Source: an uncultured delta proteobacterium (GTDB taxonomy: Bacteria > Desulfobacterota > Zymogenia > Zymogenales > Zymogenaceae). From it: a DNA stretch of 64,000 nucleotides. Of the stretch, positions 19,446-28,648 are shown piece by piece (position 1 is the first letter of the stretch; each line of letters opens with the position of its first letter). The stretch lies in assembly GCA_963735595.1 (NCBI GenBank), contig CAVTLK010000005.1, positions 480,001 through 544,000 on the forward strand. Direction: 5' to 3'. A program made the translations under genes and the position numbers. The notes under the pieces are model-generated. The model searched no databases and was not told the origin of the DNA. It saw nothing but the letters and a program-made list of their open reading frames with translations.

Positions 19446-20449
19446 TCAGGGGGTTGTGCCGGTTTCGTCTCCCTCGGCCGGCGTATCCTCAGCCGGAGGC
19501 GTCTCGGTCTCGGTTTCGGGCTGGGGGGTGGTACCCGGAGAGGGAGGCGGCGTCCCGGTAGCGTTTTCGATCTCCTCGGGGGATTTCTTTTCAAGCGGCG
19601 CTTCTTCGGTTTCGCCGGTGGGCTCCTTCTCCTTGCCGTATTTATCGATATCAAAGGTGCTCTCGTCGTACGTACCGGTTATGCCCGTGGTCTCCCCGAG
19701 GACATTGAGGTCAAGCACGTCGGAAGGGGAAAAGACCGCGGCGGGTTTTGCCGTCTCTTTGGCGGCCTCGGGACGAATCATTGAGCCGGTGACGACCATT
19801 TCGCCGGACGATTTACCGGAATTCTCCCATATAGAGATCCACACGTCAACGATATGGTTAACCGCCATGTCATAGTACTGGTCGTCGGTGAGATCCTGAT
19901 ACCAGAGTTCTTTCGCGAGGGTCTTCAAGTCGGCGGAGAAGTCATCTATCGGATTATAGCCGTTGAAGATGACCGGGAGGTAGGCAACCTCGTTGCTTCG
20001 ATACGCCTCGGCGATGAAATCCTTGGATAATTCGGCGCGAGGCCGATATACGGCTTGGGCTCCAGGCAGTCGGCGATAAAGTGGCTCACCAGTCCCATGC
20101 GCCGGGCTATCAATTGCCGGTCGGGGAAGTTGTCCGAAAGGAGATCGACTACCGAGAGACTGAGCCTCTTGACCTCGTCCGGGCCGTCGCCTTTGTCCGT
20201 TTCCGGGATATAGTAGTGCTGCCGGTAGCCGTAGGCGTAGCCGATAGGAGTCGATATCGTGATATCGGGATCGACGGCCCCGTGCAGGACTCCGCCGATA
20301 TTCTCTTTGAGAAATGTCCTGAGCTGGGTTGGACACAGGGCAACGGCGTCCTTGACCATCTGGATGTGGAATTGATTATCCCAGGCCCCGGCGACACCGG
20401 GCATCACGAAGACGGCAAGAATACACGCCAAAACGACTTTTCGCTTCAT
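19446..20449 (-). CDS. Secreted Zn-dependent phospholipase C / S1-P1 nuclease-fold protein, frameshifted at about 20025
   Basis: Signal peptide ending AGA, mature N-terminus W....H, then PD, HY and SHFIADCLEP. One added C joins ORF 19946..20449 to the 19446 frame (PNYPKDFIAEAY). Acidic P/T/E tail. Confidence 0.6.
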
Positions 20450-20513
20450 GGTGTCACCCCATCAAGGAAGGCCTCGTACAGGTTTATATATAAGTATATA
20501 TAACTTTTGCAAA

Positions 20514-20542
20514 ATTATATATAAAAAAACACCACATGTCAA
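20514..20542 (-). promoter_or_regulatory. Perfect-consensus sigma70 promoter
   Basis: TTGACA (20542-20537)-17 bp-TATAAT (20519-20514). Confidence 0.75.
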
Positions 20543-20636
20543 ACTATTTTTCGCTCAAATGGCATGTTCTTTTATCTTCTCGGTCTTTATCATGCGGATA
20601 TACCGTCTCTTTGAGGGCAGGAGGCGTCCTGACAGG

Positions 20637-21284
20637 CTATTTCCCGATGTCTTCCACGGCCACACCCGCGGGTATCTTTACGTCGAAAACTGAGTCACTC
20701 ACCGGGGGGTTCACCCGCTGTTCGGTAAACTCGATGAGGGTAAAATCCCCATTCTTCTCGACGATTCTAACCTTCAGCGGGGCGTAGTCCTTCCTCATGG
20801 AGACGGATATCTCCTTGATGGCCTCTTTCGTGTCCTTCGGTGCGAACGTCAGGACAGTCACGCCGTTTGCCTCGGAAACGGTCACCGTGGCCGCATCCTT
20901 GAGGGCCCCGATGTCGTTTATCGGACCCAAACCGAAGGACATCCACTGGGGGACATCGGTGCCGGACGAGAGGTGAATCCGCTTCGCCTTTTTTAGGCTC
21001 GGGAAATAGTAGGTGACCATGCCCGGTTTAATCCCGATAACCGTATCGTCAGGGGGATCGTATCGAAAGACAATGTCGCCCGGTTTCTTGAAGGCAAACG
21101 TGCCGCGGGACGTCACGTCTCCGGAAAGCAGGGCGAGCCGCTTTTTCTGTACGAAGTGCGCGGTAAAGGTATCGATGGTTCCCCAATAGGATTGCAGGCC
21201 GGTCAGAACCTCATCGACGGTTGCGGCCTGTGCCGAAAAGGAGACCAGCAGCAGGATGATAAGGGCGATCGGAATTCGTTTCAT
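20637..21284 (-). CDS. LolA-family outer-membrane lipoprotein carrier
   Basis: Signal peptide; FTAHFVQKK, SRGTFAFKKPG, NGDFTLIEF, VSDSVF. Confidence 0.8.
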   Translation of the reverse strand: MKRIPIALIILLLVSFSAQAATVDEVLTGLQSYWGTIDTFTAHFVQKKRLALLSGDVTSRGTFAFKKPGDIVFRYDPPDDTVIGIKPGMVTYYFPSLKKAKRIHLSSGTDVPQWMSFGLGPINDIGALKDAATVTVSEANGVTVLTFAPKDTKEAIKEISVSMRKDYAPLKVRIVEKNGDFTLIEFTEQRVNPPVSDSVFDVKIPAGVAVEDIGK

Positions 21285-21287
21285 ACG

Positions 21288-22058
21288 TCATTCTTCCTTT
21301 TGTATGAGGTCAGACAGCGTGGCCGAGCGCAGACCCTTTTCGGCCAGACCCGCCAGTATTCGGGGAAGGGCCCGGACGGTGGCGTTTCTGTCGGCCGGCC
21401 GGTTTTCGAGGCTGCCCGCGTCATGGAGCAGGATGACCGAGCCTCGCCGGGCCCGTGAGACGACGAGGTCGGCAATCCTGCGCGGATTGGTCAGTACGGT
21501 GTCCAGGCCCTTGACGTCCCAGCCGCAGACGGTAAGCCCCACGCGCGCGGCGGCCAAAAAGGTCTCGGGGGTCTTGTAGCCCATGGGGGGGCGGTAGAGG
21601 AGGGGCGCCGCGCCCGAAATCCGCTCGATGATTCCCTGGGCGTTCCGAATGTCTCTATATTGGCTCCGGTACGGTAAGAGAGACAGGAGGTGCCGATGGT
21701 CCGTAGAGTGGTTAGCGATTTCATGGCCTCCGGCGATGACGGCCCTGATGATATCGGGGTGTTTTTCGGCGTTGGCCGCCGTGACGAAGAAGGTCGCGTG
21801 GGCCCCGTGTGCTGCTAACACTTCCAGTATCCGCCCGGTATACACCGGGTGGGGGCCGTCGTCAAACGTCAGGGCCACCAGCGGCCTGTCGGTATTTACC
21901 CGGGTAATGGGCCGGGAGAAAAACGGCGCCCCAACCAGGAATATTCCCGATCCGACCCAGACAGTAAGGATTACAAAAATAACGACCCCCACAAGCGACG
22001 ATCCGCTTATGAGGGCCGCTAAAATTGATATAACCGGAGTGAGGAATAGGTACAGCAC
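21288..22058 (-). CDS. Membrane-anchored polysaccharide deacetylase (CE4/NodB)
   Basis: LTFDDGP, ATFF, NHSTDH, YRPPMG, ILLHD; two N-terminal TM segments. Confidence 0.92.
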   Translation of the reverse strand: MLYLFLTPVISILAALISGSSLVGVVIFVILTVWVGSGIFLVGAPFFSRPITRVNTDRPLVALTFDDGPHPVYTGRILEVLAAHGAHATFFVTAANAEKHPDIIRAVIAGGHEIANHSTDHRHLLSLLPYRSQYRDIRNAQGIIERISGAAPLLYRPPMGYKTPETFLAAARVGLTVCGWDVKGLDTVLTNPRRIADLVVSRARRGSVILLHDAGSLENRPADRNATVRALPRILAGLAEKGLRSATLSDLIQKEE

Positions 22059-22079
22059 GGCGCGTAGTCGAACGAGCGC

Positions 22080-22520
22080 CTACTTGGCTTCAAGAACGAT
22101 CTTGAAGTAGGAGGCCTCTTTATATCTCAGGTTAACCGGTCCGAAGACGATATCGTTTTCATTTCGCTCGCCGGCATCCAGCGTGCCCACCTGGGCGAAA
22201 TCGGCCGCGGTAATCAGGACATGGTCCTTATCGAACAGGGCGACGGCGACCCCATACTCCATGTCGTGGCCGCTATTGTTGACGATGACAAACGTCATGT
22301 AGGGGCCCCGGGTAACTCCCAGGCCGAAGCGGCCCGTCTTGGCCTCGGTATCGGACTGAAAGATAACTTCCTTGACGACGAGCCCTTCTCTTTCGAGGTT
22401 CAGCGTGATCCACTTGTCGTACGATATGCCCCTGGTAATCGAGATGTCGCCCGCATAGCAGACGGCGCTCATGACGAGAAACGAGAAAACGAGAGAGAAT
22501 AGAACGAACTTTCTTTTCAT
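22080..22520 (-). CDS. Secreted hypothetical protein (beta-sandwich-like)
   Basis: Signal peptide, GGAGG RBS, co-directional with neighbours. Confidence 0.6.
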   Translation of the reverse strand: MKRKFVLFSLVFSFLVMSAVCYAGDISITRGISYDKWITLNLEREGLVVKEVIFQSDTEAKTGRFGLGVTRGPYMTFVIVNNSGHDMEYGVAVALFDKDHVLITAADFAQVGTLDAGERNENDIVFGPVNLRYKEASYFKIVLEAK

Positions 22521-22589
22521 TGTCTCCTCCATTGAGAAACGTCGTCAATGTGCGTCCCCTGGCGGGGCCGCCTTCCTTCGCGCCTCCCG

Positions 22590-23387
22590 CTAATATTCGG
22601 GCGGCACAAACGAATCGAGAGGTTTTTCGACGTACGGCGGCGGCACCACCGTGTCGAAGACCTCGTCACCGATGCCTGAGTTTGCGATGTAGTCCCGGAT
22701 GGTGATTTCCATTCGGGAGCCTGAGGCCAGGTCCTCGAGGGTAATATCGGTGGGGACGCTGACCCCCCCGGCCTGTTCGTAGGTCAGGTAGGTAATACGA
22801 TACCGGCCGAGCCCGTTCTCGTAGCTCTCGCGCACGGCCGGCCGCATGGTTAACCGATCAAGCACGATCTTTTCAACCAGGCTGTGCCGACCGGCATCCT
22901 CCGAAATGGAGTACAGGATGCTCCGGGCTCCGTCATGTTCTATGACGAAGACCGGGCCGGCAGGTTTGCGGAAGGCGGTTCCCAGCAGAGACGGCGAGAA
23001 TGGGCTGTCCTTGATTGCGTCGGTTTTCCCCGAATATGCCAGCAGCTGCTGCGGGAGAAAGAGGATCGTCTTCGTGCCGTTGACGAGCGCCTCGAACAGG
23101 ACGATGCCGAACGGGCCGATGTAGGTGAACCTGACCTTGTCGGGGTATTTGAAGGCTATGTAGCCGGTGACGGAGTTTGCGGGCTTCCCGCTGCCGTCGA
23201 AGGTCTTCAGGGTGACGGTTCCCCGGATATCGTTGACGGCGGTGTCTGCGTCGGTCAATGCCGCCACGGCCTCGGAGGCCTCGATAAGGGGGGGCATCAA
23301 CGTCGTCGGCTTTACGGCCGGGAGCACGCAGGATGCCAGGAATAGGAGTGCCGGGAGCGACAAAAGAAACCGCGCGGGCCTAATCAT
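22590..23387 (-). CDS. Lipoprotein, LolB/DUF4292-like fold
   Basis: Lipobox LAS-C; PDKVRFTYIGPFG, VSVPTDITL, DEVF. Confidence 0.65.
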   Translation of the reverse strand: MIRPARFLLSLPALLFLASCVLPAVKPTTLMPPLIEASEAVAALTDADTAVNDIRGTVTLKTFDGSGKPANSVTGYIAFKYPDKVRFTYIGPFGIVLFEALVNGTKTILFLPQQLLAYSGKTDAIKDSPFSPSLLGTAFRKPAGPVFVIEHDGARSILYSISEDAGRHSLVEKIVLDRLTMRPAVRESYENGLGRYRITYLTYEQAGGVSVPTDITLEDLASGSRMEITIRDYIANSGIGDEVFDTVVPPPYVEKPLDSFVPPEY

Positions 23388-24735
23388 GACCGTATTCTTC
23401 TCTCCACGCCTTTTCCGAATAGCGTGCGTAGTCCGCGGCGTATTGGTCGAGGAACTCGGAGATGTCGGTCACGACGTTGTCGGCGCCGTCATGGGTAAAA
23501 TAGACGCCGTCCATCGATATAGCCTCGCGGAAAATTTCCGGATGGTCGATAATCATGCAGGGCCTGAGCGGATTGGGATTGTCGTCCTGAGTCTGCCGGA
23601 TAAACCGGAAGGTCTTAGAGTTCAGGGCCACTTTGAGGGGCGTGTCCTTGATGTTATGCTCGGCGAAATGGCAGAAGACGCACGGCTCAACGTCCCCGTT
23701 GGCGTTGATGTGCAGGTATTTGCGGCCGGCGGCGATGCAGCCTCCCACTACCGGGCCGTCGTTCCAGAAATCCGCCGCCAGGATGGGCTTCGTGTTGCGG
23801 ACGTGGAGCACCCACCGCCTCAGCGAATCCCTCTGTTCGGGAGTGGGCATGAGGTTGAGGTTAGGGTTCCGACCGATCGGGACGTAGGTAAAGTACCAGC
23901 CGACCGTGCAGCCCATATCCACCATGTGGTCAATAAAGGCGTCGCTCGTAATAATGTCGGAGTTCTCCCTCGTCTGGGTGGAGGAAAAGCCGAACAGGAC
24001 GCCGTTTTCCTTTAAGAGGCGCATGGCGTTCATGATCTTCTTGTAGTGGCCTTTGCCCCGCCTGCGGTCGGTATCTTCCTCAAATCCCTCGATGCTGATG
24101 GCCGGGAGGATATTGCCGGCCTTGATGATCCGCGCGATCATCTTCTCGTCAAGAAGACCGCCGTGGGTGTAGACCTGAAACGCAACGTCTTTATGACGCT
24201 CAAAGAGCTGCACGACGTCGTCACGGATAAAGGGCTCTCCCCCCGAGATGACGGCAAAGAACATGCCGAGCTCCTTGGCCTCGTTCAGGACCCGGTCCAT
24301 CACCTCGATCGGGAGGTCCTTGCCCTTGTCGTAGCTGCCCGCGTAGCAGCCGTAGCAATTGAGGTTGCAGCGCATCGTGGGAGAGATAACCAGGAGTCCC
24401 GGGGGATAAAACCCGCCGGGCGACTCGGAGAAGGCCTTACGGCGGTTGCTGCCGATCAACAGCTGGTTGATGATGAATGCCTTGACAAGCCGTTTGCGGT
24501 GATGGGTGTTTGTCTCCCTCAAGACCTTCTTGAATACGGTAAAGCTGGGGTGGTCCTGTTCAAAAAGGGTACGGATGGTCTTGATGGCCCGCTTGTAGTG
24601 ATCGCGCGTAGTGATCTTCTCCATCAGGTGGGTCGTCCTGATCAGGTTCTTATCGGAAAAGGTCGAGAGGACGCCGAGCCCATGATGGAGCGCGTTGACG
24701 AGCACAAAACGTCTAAAATCGTCGTATAGTTTCAT
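23380..24735 (-). CDS. Radical SAM protein with SPASM/twitch domain
   Basis: CNLNCYGC, SGGEP; C-terminal GCIAAGRKYLHINANGDVEPCVF...RPC. Confidence 0.9.
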   Translation of the reverse strand: MKLYDDFRRFVLVNALHHGLGVLSTFSDKNLIRTTHLMEKITTRDHYKRAIKTIRTLFEQDHPSFTVFKKVLRETNTHHRKRLVKAFIINQLLIGSNRRKAFSESPGGFYPPGLLVISPTMRCNLNCYGCYAGSYDKGKDLPIEVMDRVLNEAKELGMFFAVISGGEPFIRDDVVQLFERHKDVAFQVYTHGGLLDEKMIARIIKAGNILPAISIEGFEEDTDRRRGKGHYKKIMNAMRLLKENGVLFGFSSTQTRENSDIITSDAFIDHMVDMGCTVGWYFTYVPIGRNPNLNLMPTPEQRDSLRRWVLHVRNTKPILAADFWNDGPVVGGCIAAGRKYLHINANGDVEPCVFCHFAEHNIKDTPLKVALNSKTFRFIRQTQDDNPNPLRPCMIIDHPEIFREAISMDGVYFTHDGADNVVTDISEFLDQYAADYARYSEKAWREEYGHD

Positions 24736-24755
24736 TCAATAATCCTATTTCAAAA

Positions 24756-24784
24756 ATTGTAGTACGATTTGGTCCGGTCGTCAA
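24756..24784 (-). promoter_or_regulatory. sigma70-type promoter for the radical SAM gene cluster
   Basis: TTGACG-17 bp-TACAAT; 12-bp palindrome ATACTATAGTAT at 24798-24809 just upstream. Confidence 0.6.
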
Positions 24785-24885
24785 GGAAAAAGGATTAATA
24801 CTATAGTATATTACTTTTATATTATCAGAAAGGGTTGCCCGGCGGCGGATCGAATCCAGGCCGGCAATCGGCAACCGGACGGAGG

Positions 24886-25608
24886 TCACGCTCTCTTCCA
24901 GAAAAGGCTCTTCAGATAGACCATGCAGATCAGAAAGGTGTCCTTTACGGGGATGAAGTGGCTTTTTGCCCCTTGGCGGTAGATCGCCGATATGGGCACG
25001 AAGGCAAACATAAACCCGCGCCTGCCCGCCTTGATGAGAAGCTCGGCCTCGGCGTCGAAACGGGAAGACGCAACGGAAACCTCGCTGATCACCCGCGCCG
25101 AGTAGACCCTCATGCCGCACTGGCTGTCGGCGATGGGCTGGCCCGAGGCGCGCGAGAGGAAGAAGTTACCCACGAGGTTGGGGATGAGACGATAACGGGG
25201 GATTTTATCGCGTTGGGCCATCCTGGTGCCGATGACAATTCCCGCGGCGCCCTCCTCAAACCGGGAGAGCAGGGCGGGAATATCGTCGGGATCATGCTGG
25301 CCGTCGGCATCGAGCGTCAGCACGGCGTAAAAACCCCGCGCGACGAGAAAGCGGAACCCGGTCTTGAGAGCCTCTCCCTTGCCGCGGTTGTTCAGGTGCC
25401 TGATGACGGTGGCGCCGGCCCCGGCGGCTACCTTGCCGGTGCCGTCATCGGAGCCGTCGTCGATCACCAGGACGTACCCCACGTGCCTTTTCGTGCCCGA
25501 GACGATCGCAGCGATCGTCTCTCGGGCATTATAGGCAGGGATAAGGGCGGCTATCGTTTGAAGCTCTTTCGATGCCCCGGACCTTTGTGCGGGAAGATTC
25601 TGCTCCAT
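24886..25608 (-). CDS. Glycosyltransferase family 2 (DPM1-like)
   Basis: IPAYN, IDDGSDDGT, NRGKGEAL, DADGQH, DSQCGMR; start uncertain (overlaps the end of secF). Confidence 0.9.
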   Translation of the reverse strand: MEQNLPAQRSGASKELQTIAALIPAYNARETIAAIVSGTKRHVGYVLVIDDGSDDGTGKVAAGAGATVIRHLNNRGKGEALKTGFRFLVARGFYAVLTLDADGQHDPDDIPALLSRFEEGAAGIVIGTRMAQRDKIPRYRLIPNLVGNFFLSRASGQPIADSQCGMRVYSARVISEVSVASSRFDAEAELLIKAGRRGFMFAFVPISAIYRQGAKSHFIPVKDTFLICMVYLKSLFWKRA

Positions 25609-26486
25609 TCAAGTACCAGCGGGGACGCGACGAAGATGGAGGAATAGGCGCCCATGATAAAACCAACGGCGAGCCCGAAGGCGATTTCGTAAATCGCCCC
25701 GCCACCCAAAAAGAGGAGCGCGAAGACCGCCAGCAACGTCACGCCCACGGTGATGACCGTCCTGGAGAGGGTCTCGTTGATGCTCCTGTTCATCACCTCG
25801 GCCTCGGGGGTTTTGCCGGCCTTCCTCAGGTTTTCCCTGATCCGGTCGTAGACCACGATCGTGTCGTTAACGGAATAACCGATGACGGTCAACACCGCCG
25901 CGATGACCGGGAGGTTCACCTCCATGTTGGTGATCGAGTAGGCCCCGATGACGATCATGGCGTCGTGGGCGAGGGCCACCACGGCGCCGACGGCGAACCG
26001 GAGCTCGAAGCGGACCGCAACGTAGATGAGGATACCCCCGCAGGCCAGAAACACCGCCCAGAGGGCCTTTTTCTGGAGGTCCTTTCCGACCTTCGGGCCG
26101 ACCATCTCGACGCGCCTGACCTCATACGATCCCGCCCCGAAGGCCGTGGTGAAGGCCTCCTCTACGTTAGCCGACAGGGTCGTGCTATCCACGTCGGTCT
26201 TGATGACCCTGATGATGTACTCGTTTTCCCGGCCCCCCGAGAAGTCCTGGACGGTGGCGTCGGAAAGACCGATGGTGGTCAGTGCGTCTCTGAGCTGGGG
26301 GATCGTCACGTTCTTTGAGAATTTCACCTGGATCAGGTGCCCCCCGGAGAAGTCGATGCCGTACCGCGGCCCCCCGTGAACGATAAGCGAGACGACGGCG
26401 ACGGCCAGCAGCGCCAGCGAGACGATATATGCGAACTTACGCTTTCCGATGAAATCGTAATTCGTACCCGGCTTGATTAATTCCAT
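25551..26486 (-). CDS. secF: Protein translocase subunit SecF
   Basis: GIDFSGG, VGPKVG, GYSVNDTIVVYDRIRE, ETLSRT. Confidence 0.96.
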   Translation of the reverse strand: MELIKPGTNYDFIGKRKFAYIVSLALLAVAVVSLIVHGGPRYGIDFSGGHLIQVKFSKNVTIPQLRDALTTIGLSDATVQDFSGGRENEYIIRVIKTDVDSTTLSANVEEAFTTAFGAGSYEVRRVEMVGPKVGKDLQKKALWAVFLACGGILIYVAVRFELRFAVGAVVALAHDAMIVIGAYSITNMEVNLPVIAAVLTVIGYSVNDTIVVYDRIRENLRKAGKTPEAEVMNRSINETLSRTVITVGVTLLAVFALLFLGGGAIYEIAFGLAVGFIMGAYSSIFVASPLVLEWSRIFPHKGPGHRKSFKR

Positions 26487-26499
26487 GGATATCCCCCGT

Positions 26500-28119
26500 T
26501 TATACGCTCAGTCGTTTGACTCTGATGCGTGACAAAGCGAAATCAAATATGGCATGCGTGACGAAGATGGCGGTAAAGAGGGTGGCGATAATACCGATGC
26601 ACAACGTCACCGCAAATCCCTTGATCGGCCCCGTCCCGAACTGGAAGAGTACCAGCCCCGCGATCAGGGTGGTGATGTTTGCGTCCATGATGACGGTAAA
26701 TGCCTTATCGTAGCCCCCCTCGAGCGCCGCGCGCGGCGTCTTGCCCAGCCTGAGCTCTTCCCTGATCCGCTCGTTTATCAGGACGTTGGCGTCCACCGCC
26801 ATACCCAGCGTCAGTGCGATGCCGGCGATGCCCGGCAGAGTCAGGGTCGCCTGAAATGCGCTCAGGACGGCCATGATGATGATAAGGTTCAGTATCAGCG
26901 CGGTATCGGCCACGAGCCCCGATACGCCGTAGTAGATGACCATAAACAGGACGATCAGTGCAACCCCGACGGCCGTGGCGAGAAATCCCCGGCGGATCGA
27001 GTCCGACCCGAGAGACGGCCCGACGGTCCGTTCTTCGAGCACCGTAATGGTTGCCGGTAGCGCCCCGGATCTCAGCACGATGGCCAGGTTCTTGGCCTCC
27101 TCTTCGGAAAAGTTGCCGGTGATGATCGCCGAGCCGCCGGTTATCTTGGTCTGGATGACCGGGGCCGAATAAACGCTGTTATCCAGGACAATGGCAAGCC
27201 GCCTTCCCACGTTATCGCCGGAGACCTGCGCGAAGTGGGCCTCACCCGAGGAATTGAACTCGATCTGGACGTAGGGTTTCGCGCCCTTGCTGCTGTCGAA
27301 CCTCACGCCGGCGTCCGAGATCGCCTCGCCGGTCATCAGCGTGCTCTCTTCGATCAGGTAGGGCTTCTCTTCGATGATCCGGCCGCTCTCGAGATCACGC
27401 ACCTTCTCGTAAAGAACCTCGTCGCCCTCGGGAACCTCTCCGGCCAGCGCCGCTTCCAGGTCGTTCGTATCGTCCACGAGCTTGAACTCAAGCAGTGCGA
27501 CCTTCTTGATGAGGGACTTGGCCGACTCGGGATCGGTGAGGCCCGGCAGCTGCACGAGGATGTCGTAATCACCCTGGCGGGTAATTTCGGGCTCGGCCAG
27601 CCCGAGCTCATCCACGCGGTTGCGGATGGTCTCCAGCGTCTGTTCTATGGTCCGCTCCCGAAAGGAGTTCAGCGACTTCTCGTTGTAGGTGAAGGTAATG
27701 TCGGTATTTCCCTCGTTGGTGACCGAATCGGTGACTTCGAGATAGTCGTAGCGCTTCTCGATGTAGTCGCGCACGGCCCCCTCCTTTTCGGGATCGGTGA
27801 TAACCACGGACATCGCCGTTTCGCCCTTGCGGGTTACCGAGGAGTAGGGAATCTTCTCTTCATCGAGGTACCCCTTGATCTCGACGGTCGATCGATCCAT
27901 GGAATTCTCGAGTGCCTCGTCGAGGTTGACCCCCAACAGCAGGTACATGCCGCCCTTGAGGTCAAGGCCGAGGTGGAGGGTCTTGGTGGGGAGCGGCTCT
28001 TTCCAGTAATCTGGCAACCCGAAGCCGAAATAGCCAGATATCGTCGGCATCAGGTAAAAGAGGCCGCCCAACAGCACAACGAGGATAATGGCGAATCTGA
28101 TTCGTAAGTCTTTGATCAT
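26500..28119 (-). CDS. secD: Protein translocase subunit SecD
   Basis: LGLDLKGG, VGPSLG, GMAVDANVLINERIREE, GTGPIKGFA. Confidence 0.97.
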   Translation of the reverse strand: MIKDLRIRFAIILVVLLGGLFYLMPTISGYFGFGLPDYWKEPLPTKTLHLGLDLKGGMYLLLGVNLDEALENSMDRSTVEIKGYLDEEKIPYSSVTRKGETAMSVVITDPEKEGAVRDYIEKRYDYLEVTDSVTNEGNTDITFTYNEKSLNSFRERTIEQTLETIRNRVDELGLAEPEITRQGDYDILVQLPGLTDPESAKSLIKKVALLEFKLVDDTNDLEAALAGEVPEGDEVLYEKVRDLESGRIIEEKPYLIEESTLMTGEAISDAGVRFDSSKGAKPYVQIEFNSSGEAHFAQVSGDNVGRRLAIVLDNSVYSAPVIQTKITGGSAIITGNFSEEEAKNLAIVLRSGALPATITVLEERTVGPSLGSDSIRRGFLATAVGVALIVLFMVIYYGVSGLVADTALILNLIIIMAVLSAFQATLTLPGIAGIALTLGMAVDANVLINERIREELRLGKTPRAALEGGYDKAFTVIMDANITTLIAGLVLFQFGTGPIKGFAVTLCIGIIATLFTAIFVTHAIFDFALSRIRVKRLSV

Positions 28120-28312
28120 TGCAATTCTCCCCAGTAGCTGACAGGGTTTACGGGCGAGCCGGCACGACCGGGACGTTTTCGCGGCTATTTGCCGTCTTGC
28201 CGTCGCGGTCAGCGGCCCTCCCCCCGCCAGAGACCGGCAGGGGGCCGCAGTTCGTATTACAGGACGGCGTCCCCGCGTTAAACACGCGGGACGCCGTTAT
28301 CCTGGTCTGTTG

Positions 28313-28648
28313 TTACTTTCCGGTGTCGCCCATATTATTGACCGCGGCAATCGAGGACCTGGTGACCTTTATCCTGACGTTAGGCGCGATCTCGACGGTA
28401 GCGACGTTCTCGGCGACTCCAACGACCGACCCGTGGATGCCGCCGGCGGTAATGACGTTGTCGCCCTTTTTCAGCTCGGTGATCATCCGCTGATGCTCTT
28501 TCTGCCGCTTCTGCTGCGGCCGGATCAACAGGAAATAGAAGATCACGAAGATCAGGATGATCGGCAGAAACGCGGTAACGCTGCCCAGGAGGCCGCCCTC
28601 TTCGCCGGAGGGCTGGGCCATGGCGAAAAATATCTCAATCGGTATCAT
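28313..28648 (-). CDS. yajC: Preprotein translocase subunit YajC
   Basis: FYFLLIRPQQKR, GDNVITAGGIHG; lies between tgt and secD. Confidence 0.95.
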   Translation of the reverse strand: MIPIEIFFAMAQPSGEEGGLLGSVTAFLPIILIFVIFYFLLIRPQQKRQKEHQRMITELKKGDNVITAGGIHGSVVGVAENVATVEIAPNVRIKVTRSSIAAVNNMGDTGK

